The position numbers and the translations under genes were made by a program. A stretch of DNA of 64,000 nucleotides from the human T2T-CHM13v2.0 reference genome, Homo sapiens. The notes beneath the pieces were generated by a model, which worked only from the letters and a program-made list of their open reading frames with translations, did not search any database and was not told where the DNA came from. Positions 31,185 through 43,927 of the stretch are shown here, in pieces. The stretch's first letter is position 1. Every line of letters starts with the position of its first letter. The stretch is from assembly GCF_009914755.1 (NCBI RefSeq), contig NC_060925.1. One strand, given 5' to 3'.

Positions 31185-31560
31185 TGTTGCAGGTAGCAAC
31201 TAGCTAGGGCCAGTGTCACAGGTGGTAAAAGTATTTACCATTACAGTTATAGGTAAAGAAAGACATATTTGTTAGAGAGGGTACGAAAATATGTCGCAAG
31301 GATGCAAAGGGCAGCACAGCAGAGAACGGGCTGTCTGCAAAGAGGCAGGTGCTGGAGGGAAGTTTTATTGGGAAGTTTTATAGTGCTGAAGGGGGCTACA
31401 TGAAGAACCAATCATTGTGCCAGTGGTTGAGGTCACTGTGCCCAGGAATATTGTTGTGTCCTCATGTTGTTTGTGATTAGCCATCTCTCAGAACAATTGT
31501 TCATTGTTCTTCCTCACCTGGGGTTCTTGCCTTTTGTTGCTTACTCATCGGGACTCCACA
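31185..31560. mobile_element. Solo LTR (ERV1-like, subfamily uncertain)
   Basis: TG...CA ends, TSD ATGGT at 31180-31184 and 31561-31565. Confidence 0.7.
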
Positions 31561-32290
31561 ATGGTATCATACAGAATAGTTTCACTGCCCTAAAATTCCT
31601 CCGTGCTCCACCTATTCATCTCTCCCTCCTTCACGCAACCCCAGTCTCTAGTCACCACCGATCATTTTCTTGTCTCCATAGTTTTGCCTTTTTCAGAATG
31701 TCTTTTTCAAAAGCTGTACTGTATAATTCCAATACAGTACAGCTTTTTCTGACTGGCTTCTTTCACGTAGTGAAATTCAGTTAAGTTTCTGGATGTACCA
31801 AAGTTTATTTCTCCATTTACCTACTGAAGGACGTTTTGCTTGTTTTTGCTTGTTTCCAAGCTTTGGCAATTATTAATAGAGCTGCTATAAATACCCATGT
31901 ACAGGGTTTTGTGTGAACAGAAGTTTTCAACCCCTTTGGGTAGATATCAAGAATGTGATTACTGAATCATATGGTAAGAGTATGTTTAGTTTTGTAAGAA
32001 ACTGCCAAATTGTTTTCCAAAGTGGCTGTGCCATTTGCATTCCCACCAGTAATGTCTGGAGTTCCCGTTGCTGCACAATCTTGTCATTATTTGATGTTGT
32101 AGGTGTTTGGGATTTTGGCCACTCTAAAAGATGTGTAGTGGCTGGATATGTCTTTTTAAAATGTCAATTTTCTAACTTTTTGTTGATGTTGTGTACAATT
32201 TTGTATATTAATCTTATAATCAGCACATTTGCCATACTGTTACTAATTCTAATAATTTGTAGATTCTTCTGTATCTTCTATTTAGGCAAT

Positions 32291-32325
32291 CATATCATAT
32301 CATATCATATCATATCATATCATAC
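32291..32325 (+). repeat. (CATAT)n pentanucleotide repeat
   Basis: Six perfect units plus one imperfect unit. Confidence 0.95.
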
Positions 32326-32799
32326 CATGCAGATGTGAGGGAATGGTGGTTTTGTTTCTTCCTTTGCTTAATCCTTCTACCATTATGTTTCAAACAATTT
32401 TCTGTTGAAAAAGAGGATTTTCAGATATAGTTTGAAGGAATTTGGCTACGATATGGATAATATCAAGTTTGAGACTTCCATTGTGAAGTTTGATTTTTGC
32501 CCCCTTCTCTTATGAGCTAAGAGAAGTTTAATTTTCTTCCTCTTCTCACTTCCCCTTTATTGGAAGTTGAATTCTACTTAATCCTAATTTCTCTTCTTTT
32601 TCAGAAGTTAATTATAATGTTCTTCCCCAAGGGTTTTACTTTAAGGTAGATGTCAGCCAAAATGATGAGGTTAGGTGCAACCTGCATCTTTGTGTTTCTG
32701 AGGTTCAAAGAGCTCTTAAAAGCCATGTGATCAACTCTAGAAGAGACCTAGAAGTTGGTAGAAACTCAAAATATGTTTATTCAACTGATTTCATGCAAT

Positions 32800-35630
32800 T
32801 ATTAGGGAATACACATTCTTTTTAAGTAAACATGGACATACATGAAAATTGACCATATGCTTATTCGTATAACAAATTCTTAAAAGTTTTCAAAGAATGA
32901 ATACCAAATAGAACACGTTCAGTGACATCAATGCATTTAAGTTAGAAATCAGTAACAAAAATATACCTTTAAAATGCTATACATTCAGAAATTAATCCAT
33001 GGATTAAAGAGAAAATCACAATAGAAATTAGAAAATACTTATAACTGAATGATAATAAAGACTGCATAAGTAAACACTTGTGGGAGGCAGCCAGAACACT
33101 ACTTAAAAGAGACATGAAAAGATGCTTGATCACATTATCATCATGGAAATGAAAATGAAAATCCCAATGAGATACCATATTGCACTTATTAGAAGCTGGC
33201 AAAAGTTTTTTCTTTTAGGAGATGAGGTTTCACTCTGTGGCTCAGGCTGGAGTGCAGTGATGTGATCATGGCTCACTGCAGCCTCAAACTACTGGGCTCA
33301 AGTGATCCTCTCACCTCAACTTCCCAGGTAGCTTGGGATTACAGGTGTACATCATCATGTCCTGCTGATTTTTAATTTTTTTGTAGAGATGGAGTCTCTC
33401 TATGTTGACCATTATGGTTCTGAACTCCTGGGCTCAAGTAGTCCTCCTGCTGACATAAGATTCTTTCAGTGCCACTTTGCCACTTGGAAAACTCTATGGC
33501 TGGCAGCTCCTCTGCCTGAGTTTCACTTGTGACTGCAAGGGGGTGTTACAGTGTGTCATAGCTCTGGCTTGGGGAGTCCCAAGGTCTGGGCCCTGAGAAG
33601 GATTGCAGCTCTTCCCTTGTAGTCTGGTGAATGGGAGCATGTCACTGCCCGCCATTCAGGAACATGCTTCAGCTCATTCATGTTACAACTCATTCAGCCC
33701 TGCCACCCTGCTTTGTCCTGAGGCTCCTGGGTTGGCCTGGTCCTGCCACTACTTCTTATCATGTGGGGTGGCTGGTCAGTGCCAGCAGAGCACAGGAGGG
33801 CTACAGTGTTAGAGCTCCTTTTGCACCTGGCTTTTGATGGGTCCCAGGTTCTTGTCCTGCGTCCAAGAAGAATGAGGTTACATGGACAAACAGAGAGTAA
33901 GCAAGGTGGAGAAGAGTTTTATTGAGCAACAGACCAATTCTCAACAGGATAGGGGACCCAGAGTGGGTAGCCCCTATCTGAAGGCAGGGTAGTCCCAATG
34001 TGTGGCTGAGTCTGGGGTTTTTATGGGCTCAGAGTTGGGGAGTGCATGCTGATTTGTCCATGAGTGAGCCTGGAAGAAACACCATTTGATTGGCTAAAAG
34101 GCATCGAGGAAGTTCTCACTCCGGGTTATGGACTCTACGCAGAACTAGCAGCCCAGTTTTCAGGCTCTGGCTGTCTTTGGCTTGAAGGTTGGGTTTCATT
34201 GGGGACCAACCCCTGTCTGCCTAGGAATCTGTCTGCCTCCTGCTACTATCACTGCCTCAGCCTCCCAAGTAGCTGGGATTACAGATGCACACCACCACAC
34301 CTGGCTAAATTTTTTGTAAAAGACAAGGTACTCAGTCTGGTCTTAAACTCCTGGGCTCAAGTGATCCTCCCACCTTGGCCTCCCAATGTGCTGGGATTAT
34401 AGGCCTGAGCCATTGTGCCTGGCCAAGTTTGAAATCTGTAGTGTTTTAAAATCTGTAGTGTTTGCAACAATGTGGAACAATGGGAACCCTTATGTGCTGT
34501 TGGTGGAAGTGTAAGTTAGTCTCTCACTTTGGAACAAAGGTTGATATTACTCAGGAAATTTGAAGATGTACATGTCCATAACCTAAAATTCCTTTCCTTG
34601 ATATATAAACTGTGAACTCTCATATGTATGCATCAGGATATATTTACAATAATATTTATAGGAATATTATTAGAAATAGTCTAAAAATTGCAAGCAATTG
34701 AAATGTGTATTGATAGAAGAATGGCTAAAGAAAAGTAGGTGTTGTCACATAATGGAATATTATACAGCAGTGAAAAGGAATAATCAATGCCTTACTGCTA
34801 CATGGGCAAATATCAAAGCAACTTTGAACTGAGAAGGTAAGTCACAAAAACACACAATCAGTTTAATTCCCTTCATGAAAATTTCAAAAGCATGCAAAAC
34901 TATACATTTATTTTATTGGGGTGCAATAAATTGATTCTAAGACAATGAGAGAATTCAATATCTAGAAAAGCAATCACTCTAGGGTAGAAGGGGGGAAAGG
35001 CAAGCTGTCAAAAAAGGGCACAAAGAAGAAATGTGGCAAAATAAAGTTCATATAATATGTGCAATTAAAACCACAAAAGGCAGAAAAGAGTAAAAGACAA
35101 AATAGGAATAAGGAATAAGGGCAAAAAATAGAAAATGGTAACAAAAGAGGTAGTTATTAATCTAACAATATCAAGAATCTTTTTGAATGTCAATGGTATA
35201 AATGCACCAATTAAAAGACAAAGATTGTCAGAAAGGATAAAAAAAATTTCCAATTATATGTTGTCCACAAGAAACCTACTTTAAATATAAAGACACATGT
35301 ATTAAAAGTAAATGATAAGAAAGATATACCACGCTAACACCAATCAGAAGAAAGCAGGAATCACTATATCAATTTCAGATAGAGGAGAATTCAAAGCAAG
35401 GAAAGTTATTGGGGATAAAGTGTGGCATTACATAATTATAAAGGGGTCAATTCTTTAAGAAGAAATAATCCTTAATGTGTATGTGCCTGAAAACAGAGCA
35501 TCAAAACACGTGAGCCAAAAAAGGGCATAAAGTAGATTTCCCAAGTGCTAGTAATATTTTATGATGTAAGCTGGGTGATAGGTATATGAAATGTTGTCTT
35601 ATATAAAATATGTATGTAAATCATATATGC
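32800..35630 (+). mobile_element. Fragmented L1M remnants with a nested Alu and LTR
   Basis: L1 ORF2 endonuclease-like and 3' end sequence. Confidence 0.6.
33451..34251 (-). mobile_element. MER52-like ERV1 solo LTR inside an antisense Alu (33205-34424)
   Basis: TG...CA ends, 4-bp TSD CTGC, Alu sequence resumes on both sides. Confidence 0.8.
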
Positions 35631-35641
35631 CATTTTGTATG

Positions 35642-36033
35642 TGCTATGGTCTGAATGGTGGTATTCCCCCAAATTCCTGTGTTGGAACCTAATACCCAAT
35701 GTGATAGTATTAAGAGTTGAGACATTTAGAAAGTGATTAGGTCATGAGGGGATCTGCTCTTATGAATGGGACTAGTGCCCATATAAAAGAGACTTGAGAA
35801 AAGAGAGCTTGTTTTGCTCCTTCCATCATTTGAGGACACAGAGAAGACACCATCTTCTATGGTGGAAAGGAAACTTCATCAGGTACTGAATTTGCTGGCA
35901 CCTTGGTCTTGAACTTCCCAGCCTCCAGAACTGTGAGCAGTAAATTTATGCTGTTTATGAATTACAAATTCATGTTGTTTATAAATATACCAGTTGAAGC
36001 TATTTTGTTATAGCAACCAGAACAGATTAAGAG
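35642..36033 (+). mobile_element. MLT1A/MSTD-type MaLR LTR
   Basis: TGCTATGGTCTGAATG ... CAGATTAAGA. Confidence 0.75.
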
Positions 36034-36539
36034 AGCATGTATGCTGTATGCATATATATATATATCTCATATATTATATATATCTTTATATAATATTAAT
36101 ATTTTATGATGTATTTCACAACATGGAAAAGATTGCTCTGGTAGCTACATGGAAAGTGTTTCTCCTCTTTAACAGAGTCAGGGAGACATGTAAAGATGCT
36201 GACACAGTATTGATAAAATGCACAAATCTTTTGAAATAGAATTTAGGACTTTTGAATTAACTGGATGCAGTAGGTTAAAGAAAAAGGAAAAAAAAGATTA
36301 TTCAATTTTCAGGCTTATAAGACTATACATCTTTATAATTCATAGAAAAATTCTGGAAAGCTAACACTAGAAACAGTGTTGCCTTCAGTGGATAATCGAA
36401 ACAGGGTCTAGGTAGATGAGAGAGGGAAGCATACTTTTCACTGTCCCTTTTGAATTCTGAACTATGTTCATGCATTATCTATCCAAGAAATGAAAAAAAA
36501 AAAAGAAAATAAAAAGATGAGATTTGTATGTAACTCATA

Positions 36540-39380
36540 TATGCCTGTTCTGATATAATAGAAAAGTTTTGTAGTAGCAATATTATTACAGCAATGAGTC
36601 CACTCATGTTTTTGGGATCTGATGCTGAATTAGGCTAAATAGCATATTGATATCATTTGGGTGTTTGCCCTCTCCAAATATCATGTTGAAATGTAATTCC
36701 CAGCCAGGTGTGGTGGCTCACGCCTGTAATCCCAGCACTTTGGGAGACTGAGGTGGGTGGATCACAAGGTCAGGAGTTCAAGACTAGCCTGGCCAACATG
36801 GTGAAATCCTGTCTCTACTAAAAATACAAAAATTAGCTTGGCATGGTGGCATGTGCCTGTAATCCTAGCTACTCAGGAGGCTGAGGCAGGAGAATGGCTT
36901 GAACCTGGGAGGCGGAGGTTGCTGTGAGCTGAGATCATGCCACTGCACTCCGGCCTGGGTGACAGAGCGATACTCTGTCTCAACAACAACAACAACAACA
37001 AAAAAAGTAATTCCCAGTTTTGGAGGTGAGGCCTGGAGATGTTTGGGTGATGGGGGTGGATTCCTCATGCATGGCTTGGTGCTGTCCTCATGGTAATGAG
37101 TGAGTTCTCACACTGAGTTCAAGAGAAATCTGGTTGTTTAAGAGAGTGTGGCGCTTCCTCCCTCTCTTGCTCTTACTCTTGCCATGTGATTCGCCTGCTC
37201 CCCCTTTGCCTTCAGCCATGAGTGGAAGCTTCTTGAGGCCTCACCAGAAGCAGATGCCAGCACTATGTTTCATGTACAACCTGCAGAACCATGAGTTAAT
37301 TAAATTTATTTTCTTTATAGATTACCCAGTCTCAGGTATTCCTTTTTAGCAATGCAATAATAGACTAACACAGAAAATTGGTACCAAGAAGTGGGCCATT
37401 GCTATAAAAATACCTGAAAATGTAGAAGCAGCTTTGAAACTGGATAATGGGTAGAGGTTGGAAGAGTTTGGAAGTCTCGGAAGATAGGAAGATCAGGGAA
37501 AGTTTGGAACTTCTTAGAGACTGGTTAAATGGTTGTGACCAAAATGCTGATAGAAATATGGACAGTGAAGCAAGCTGATAAGGTCTCAGATGGAAATGAA
37601 GAAGTTATTGGGAATTGGAGTAAAGGTCACCTGTGTTACACTCTAGCAAAGAACTTGGCTGTACTGTGTTCATGTCCTAAGGAAGTTTGAACTTAGGAGT
37701 GATGACTTGGGGTATCTGGAAGAAGAAATTTTTAAGCAGCAAAGTGTTCAAGATGTGGCCTGGCTGATTCTAACTGCCTGTAATCAGATGTGGAAGCAAA
37801 GAAATAACTTAAAGTTGGAACTTATATTTAAAAGGAAAGCAGAGTGTAAAAGTTTAGAAAATTTGCAACCTGGCCCTGTGCTAGAGAAAGAATCCAAGCA
37901 GGCTGTGGAACGACCACTTGCTAGAGAGATTTGTGTGTCTAAAAGGGTGCCAAGTGCTGATATCCAAGACAATGGGAAAAGGCCTTAAAGGCATTTCAGA
38001 GATCTTCTAGGCAGCTCCTCCCATCACAGGCCCAGAGGCCTACGAAGGAAGGATTGGTCTCAGGGACCAAGCCCAGGGCCTCACTGCCCTGTTCAGTGTC
38101 AGAGTACTGCTCCTACATCCCAGCTGCTTCAGCTCCAGCTGCAGCTCAAAGGGCCCCAGGTACAGCTCAGGCCACTGCTCTAGGGGGCATAAGCTGTAAG
38201 CCTTGGTAGCTTCCACATGGTTTTAAGCCTGCAGGTGCACAGAATGCAAGAGTGAAGGACATTTGGCAGCTTCCACCTGGATCTCAAAGGGTGTATAGAA
38301 AAACCCCAGGTGCCCAGGTGGAAGGCTACCATGGGGGTGAGCCCCCACAGATACTCTACTAGGGCAGTGCTAAGAGGAAATTAATTAGAGTCCCCACATA
38401 GAGTGTTCACTGGAGCACTGACTAGTGGAGCTGTGGGAAGAGGGCTACTGCCCTCTAGACCCCAGAATGATATAGCCACTGACTTGCATCCTGAACCTGG
38501 GAAAACCACAGGCACTCAACTTCAACCTGTGAGATCAGCCATGGGGACTGTACCCTGCAAAGCCACAGGGGTGGAGCTTCCCAAAGCATTGGGAGCCTGT
38601 CCCTTGGCACCAGTGTGCCCTGGATGTGGGACATGGAGTCAAAGGAGATTATGTTGGAGTTTTAAGGTTTAATGTCTGTCCTGCTGGGTTTCAGATGTGT
38701 GGGGCCTGTAGCCCCTTTCTTTTAGCTGGTTTCTCCCCTTTGGATTGAGAATGTCTACCCAATGCTTGTACTCCCCTTGTGTCTTTGAAGTAAAGAAATT
38801 GCTTTGCATTCCACAGGCTTATAGGTGGAAGGAATTTGACTTGAGTATCAGATGAGACTTTGAACTTTGGACTTTTGATTTAGTTGATGCTGGAATATGT
38901 TGAGACTGGGAGACTGTGAGGAAGGGTTGATTGTATTTTGCAATGTGAGAAGAACAAGGGATTTGAGAGGCCATGGGTGGAATGACATAGTTCGGACGTT
39001 TGTCCCCTTTAAATTTCATGTTGAAATGTAATCCACAACATTGGAGGAGGGGGCTGATGGGAGGTGTTTAAGTCATGGGGGTGGATCCCTTATGAATGAC
39101 TTGGTGCTGTCCCCACAATAATGAGAGAGTTATCGCTCGGTTCACATAAGATCTGGCGTCTCCCCCGACTCTTGCTCCCATTCTCCCCATTTGACTTGCC
39201 TGCTGTCCCTTTGCCTTCTGCCATGACTGGAAGCTTCCTGAGGCCCTCACCAGAGACAGATGTGGGTGCGGTGCTTCTTGCACAACCTGCATAACTATGA
39301 GCCAACTAAATTTGTTTTCTTTATAAATGACCTAGTTTCAATGCAAGAATGAACTAACACACAAATCTTTTGTGTTTATC
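36540..39380 (-). pseudogene. Pseudo-exon split by an MST provirus
   Basis: ctcgcttccatcctagcctag| acceptor; with the provirus removed: (W)INTKDL|LFSLIQHQIPK, +1 A, HEWTHCCNNIATTKLFYYIRTGI; 3' end uncertain. Confidence 0.55.
36648..39361 (+). mobile_element. Full LTR-int-LTR MST (MSTB-like) MaLR provirus with an Alu (36702-37006) in its 5' LTR
   Basis: LTRs at 36648-37372 and 38983-39361; internal region starts GAAAATTGGTACC; TSD CATAT/CAAAT. Confidence 0.88.
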
Positions 39381-39630
39381 CTAGGCTAGGATGGAAGCGA
39401 GAGTCGACTGCCCTCTGGTCAAGGACTGACTCCTGCTGAGGTAAAACATGGCTGCTAGGCTTCCCCTTCAGTAGGGCTGTAAGTGGGCAATGACTGATTG
39501 ATATAACAGCACAAAGAAACCATAGACTACTCCCTGGCTGATCCTAGTGGCTGCAGCAGCCCCGTTTTAAAATTGTAAAGTGTGGTTGATCTTTGACACT
39601 CCTTCATGCCCTATCTGTATATTTTCTTAC

Positions 39631-39682
39631 CAGCATCCTCTCATGTGCATAATCCTACACATGTAAGCTAGTCCTCGGCTAG
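39631..39682 (-). pseudogene. Pseudo-exon, 52 nt
   Basis: ctttatcactttgcag| ... CTG|gtaaga; (A)SRGLAYMCRIMHMRGC(W), phase 1-2, fits both neighbours. Confidence 0.65.
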
Positions 39683-39798
39683 CTGCAAAGTGATAAAGCC
39701 TTAAATTATTAACCCTCCAAAGGGATTCTGTGTATGTGTGTGTGTGTGTGTGTGTGTCTCTGTGAGAGAGTGTGAGTATATGTTTAAGAGGCAGGAGT

Positions 39799-40118
39799 TG
39801 GCCGGGCGCGGTGGCTCACTCCTGTAATCCCAGCACTCTGGGAGGCCGAGGCGGGCGGATCACGAGGTCAGGAGATCGAGACCATCCTGGATAACACGGT
39901 GAAACCCCGTCTCTACTAAAAATACAAAAAAATTAGCCAGGTGTGGTGGCAGGCACCTGTGTCCCGGCTACTCGGGAGGCTGGGGCAGGAGAATGGCATG
40001 AACCCAGGAGGCAGAGCTTACAGTAAGTGGAGATCATGCCACTGCACTCCAGCCTGGGTGACAGAGCGAGACTCCATCTCAAAAAATAAAATAAAATAAA
40101 AAATAAAAAATAAAAAAA
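39799..40118 (+). mobile_element. AluY
   Basis: CpG-rich dimer inserted in an older Alu monomer fragment. Confidence 0.9.
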
Positions 40119-41027
40119 GAGACAGGAATCTAGCTATGTTGCCCAGGCTACAACTCCTGGCCTTGAGCTCCTGGCCCCTCAAGTGATCCTCCCACCTTAG
40201 CCTCCTGAAAAGGGATTCTGTGTTTTTATCAGGAATCCTAAAAATCAGAAAGCCCTCAAAACTAAAAAAAAAAAAAAAAAAGACTCTAATTATGAGCTTT
40301 CTAATGCTTATGTCTTTTACATTATGCTGTTTGACTAATCACTAATGCTGATCCTGCCTCTTGTTTTACAATGTTATTTATATAATATGCAATTGAGTTA
40401 GTTTTATTTAATTTTCATTCATACCATTCCTCATTTTGTAATGTATTTATGGTGACTTAAAATAAACACAGACCATAAAATGGTAAACTACAAATAAAGA
40501 GTTAAAAATCAGGCCCAGAGAAATAAAAACTAGAGTAGAAATCATGACCAGGCATAAAAGTAGTATGCAAATGAACTACTAGAATTGAGTTTCAAGTTTG
40601 GCCTAGGATTTCTAGTGAAAGTAAAAAGAGAGACATGATATGTTACTGGCTATTCTCCCCTTGACTTCCCTTCCAATACCTCCCAAACCCTCCCCTCCCC
40701 AAGCCTTCTATTTCCTTAGTGGAGTATGTAGCTTTTCCTAACACTATGCCCTAGAAGAAATTTCTCACATGGCGCTATAAGCTTATATTATCATCACTAA
40801 TTCCACCTATCTTTGCATAATAAAGGGCACAAAGCCAAAAAGAAAGTTGTAGTTGAATCAAAATTGAGCTAATGGTTAACTTGTGCACTGAGTATGTAGG
40901 AAACAGTGAGTGTAAATGACAAGACTAAAGAGAGTTGTATATTTGTTTAGCAATTTGTATCTCAGTAGCAAATAACTAGGGATTTAAGAATCCTCATTTG
41001 TGTGCTTTGGAAATATCATGCAATCAC

Positions 41028-41181
41028 CTAGTAAAATTGCATCATTTTTTGGTTCATATGAAAATATTTGAAGTGATGTTCACTTGGTAATTCTGTTTGC
41101 TGAACTTTGTGATTCATGTATTATTTCATTATTAAGTTGCTCTGCTCTCTACATAACTAAATATCTTCATTTAATGGGCCA
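41028..41181 (-). pseudogene. Degraded pseudo-exon, 154 nt
   Basis: tttccccag| ... TAG|gtgatt; GPLNEDI*LC / frameshift / RAEQLNNEIIHESQSSANRITK*TSLQIFSYEPKNDAILL. Confidence 0.45.
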
Positions 41182-41782
41182 CTGGGGAAATAATAGTAGT
41201 TTCGAAGGAAAAGTTTTGTTCAGAATGTTTATCATGAACTTGGATGAAGAGAGAGTATATTGGTTAAAACAGTAATAAACATGAAGTTAGCAGGGTTAAT
41301 TCAAACAATAAATGACAGACTCTGGGTCTCATTCCATCTTGGGCCCTGTAAATGAACACATCACAGAGGATCTGAAACATGCTAAAATCCAGTCAAATGC
41401 CTGTCTGTGGGTTTTTTATGGGCCACTTTCTATTCTAATCCTCTGTTCTTTGCCTGCTCTATGACTCCCCTGGATCTGCCCCTCTCATATCAGGATTAAC
41501 TGCAGGCATTCTTTCTTACTGACCTATTTGGACCTACTTCTCCAGCTAGGTCCTTGGCACTGTATCCTGGAGATAATCCATGGTCAGCCTTTGGCTCCAC
41601 ACCCTGAAGCTTTGTGGAATGGGTGCTCCTGCCTTCCCTTGCTCCTGAGAGCTTGACTCAGCTTGGCCTAGTTGGCCATGGTTCCTCACAGTATGTGAGT
41701 GTATGGGAGTGTGAGCAGTCTTTATCTCCTTTGTGTATTGCCTGGAGTCTAAGAGGGAGGAAACTGAAACGCTGCTCAGAGT

Positions 41783-42070
41783 TGTTTATTTATTTATTTT
41801 GAGATAGGGTCTCACTCTGTTGTCCAGGCTAGAGTGCAGTGGTATGACTGAAGCTCACTGCAACCTTGACCTCCTAGGCTTAAGCAATCCTCCCGCCTCA
41901 GCAGCCAGCTTATGCCATCACACCCGACTTATTTATTTATTTATTTATTTTATAGAGACAGGGGCTCCCGATGTTGCCTAGGCTGGTCTTGAACTCCTGA
42001 GCTCAAGCGATTCTTCTACCTTGGCCTCCGAAAGTGCTGGGATTACAGGCCTAAGCCCCTGTGCCAGCCC
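41783..42070 (-). mobile_element. AluJ-like
   Basis: Antisense dimer. Confidence 0.85.
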
Positions 42071-42363
42071 AGAGTTGTTTAACAAAACAAAACAAAAAAA
42101 ACTTAAAGGTGTGTTCAGTCATTCAATCATTCCTCATTCATTCATTGTCCATTGTGTGCCTGGCAGTGAGAATGCAGAGGTAAACACGACAAACATTCTC
42201 TTCACAAGAGTTAACTTAATATCAAAGGAAGAAGTAATTTTAAAGTAGCTTTTTTGGGGTGTGATTTATTTACCATTTAGTGAACATAGTTGACTGGACC
42301 TTTAGGCAAGAGTGATATGACAAAGATGACGTGTCCTTAATAGGAGCTATTAATTGGTCTCCG

Positions 42364-42650
42364 CAGTCGTTCTCAAACTGGGGATGTTGCTGCTCCAGGA
42401 GATATTCAGCAATATCTGGAGACATTTTTGGATTCACAACTGTGAAAGTGCTACATAGTGGTTAGAAGTCACGGATGCTGCCAAACACCCTACAATGCAA
42501 GGAGAGTATACAGTTTTTCCTAACGCTATGCCCTAGAAGAAATTTCTCACATGGCACTATACGCTTTTAGTATCATCACTAACTCCACCTATCTTTTTTG
42601 GACATATAGAGTCCAAAATCTCAGTAGTATTGGGATTGAGAATCTCTCGC
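42364..42650. mobile_element. MER20 carrying a foreign 93-bp insert
   Basis: CAGTCGTTCTCAAACTGGGG ... TCTGGAGACATTTTTGG ... CCTACAATGCA. Confidence 0.75.
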
Positions 42651-42754
42651 TAGTGCATGTATACATATATATTGGTGTATATGTTAATCTGAACGTTTCT
42701 GAGAAAGCAACTGTCAGGAAAGCTGCCTTTAGCTTGGTATCTATTATTATTATT

Positions 42755-42995
42755 TTTAATAGCTGGCATTAACTGATCACTTACTATAGGCCAGGTATTA
42801 TGGTAAACACTTTAAATTGATCACCTAATTTAATCATCAAAACCGAATAAAGTGGGTATTATTGTTCGCTCTGTTTTAGAGATGGACAAACAGGTGTGGT
42901 GGGATTAAGAAACTTGCCCAAGACCTCATTGATGGTAAATGCCAGAGCAGGGAGTTGAGCCCAGGAAGTCTGACTCCTCACTCTTTACCACCACT
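42755..42995. mobile_element. MIR
   Basis: MIR core (gttttagagatggacaaacagg ... aacttgcccaag). Confidence 0.7.
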
Positions 42996-43094
42996 GTTTG
43001 TCTAACTTCTCTAACTCAGATGCCAGGCTCTCCCTTCGGCTGTTCCTTAGCTCATTAGAAATTGCTTTAGTGATCTTCTTTTGGTTATAGGCAT
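42989..43094 (-). pseudogene. Pseudo-exon, 106 nt
   Basis: ctctctttcccctcgggcttccaacag| ... TG|gtaaag; AYNQKKITKAISNELRNSRRESLASELEKLDKQW, phase 1-2; donor abuts a MIR end. Confidence 0.6.
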
Positions 43095-43276
43095 CTGTTG
43101 GAAGCCCGAGGGGAAAGAGAGGTTGACATAACGATATGGAAGTCAACACAAATTTGGGGAAAAAATAATTTCACATTTTAAAACATCAACATCTAGTTTA
43201 TATGAGTAATGGTTTTCCCACATGATTGTGCAGTTGACAAATTAATCTGACCCAATTAAACAGAATCAACAAACAC

Positions 43277-43331
43277 TGTTAGTCATATCTAATTCAGCTA
43301 TTGTTATGTTGATGCAGAATAAACCACAGTA
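43277..43331 (-). pseudogene. Pseudo-exon, about 55 nt
   Basis: cttgcttctgctgtttgtag| acceptor; YCGLFCINITIAELDMTN; donor ACA|gtgttt is weak and was chosen partly because it restores phase. Confidence 0.5.
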
Positions 43332-43547
43332 CTACAAACAGCAGAAGCAAGCTAATAGGCTCTGATGCATTCAGCTTTCATTATTTTATACTTTATTATT
43401 TTGGCTTTACTTTTCATTACTTTACACTTCTGCTTTTCTAAGAATCCCCAGTCAGTTTCTGATTAAAAAAAAAATAGGATTGGATCGAACTTTTCACCAA
43501 ATTTGGTGTTTTCAGAAGGCAAAGCAGTAGCCCGCTGTCATCCATAC

Positions 43548-43608
43548 CTTTACTTGCATTACAATGTCTGAACACTCCTCCACTGTAATTTGATCTAGTT
43601 CCCGAACC
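43548..43608 (-). pseudogene. Pseudo-exon, 61 nt
   Basis: tttatag| ... AAG|gtatgg after a 79-nt intron; (R)VRELDQITVEECSDIVMQVK, phase 2-0. Confidence 0.7.
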
Positions 43609-43687
43609 CTATAAATCTAACTGATAGAGGGTAACTGAACACCATGTCTGCCCATGTGATAGGGTGGAATTCTTCTGTCCTTCTCAC

Positions 43688-43848
43688 CTGAGTACAACAG
43701 GCTTGTGCCATCCAGAAGAATGAAAAGGTAACTCAGAATATGTGGGGTCCTTATAGCCCAGGTGGATATCCTTATGAAGAAGAAGAAGTATGGGCCCCAC
43801 AAATCGCAGGTTAGTGGAAAGTGGGTGTTGTTCTGGTCCAGTAAGTGT
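43688..43848 (-). pseudogene. Pseudo-exon, 161 nt
   Basis: catttcag| ... CAG|gtgaga; 53 open codons TLTGPEQHPLSTNLRFVGPILLLLHKDIHLGYKDPTYSELPFHSSGWHKPVVL, phase 0-2. Confidence 0.7.
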
Positions 43849-43927
43849 CTGAAATGACTTGCTCTGACAAATACATGTGTGTGTGCCTATAGATTTGGCT
43901 GTTTCGTTTTTAGAAAGAGTAACTTAT

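Larger units (their letters stand above)
30350..32142 (-). mobile_element. L1M 3' remnant hosting two LTRs
   Basis: Antisense L1 ORF2 end and 3' UTR sequence. Confidence 0.7.

Noticed and set aside
37707-38672. ORFs of 89-93 aa
   Set aside because: Decayed MST internal sequence.
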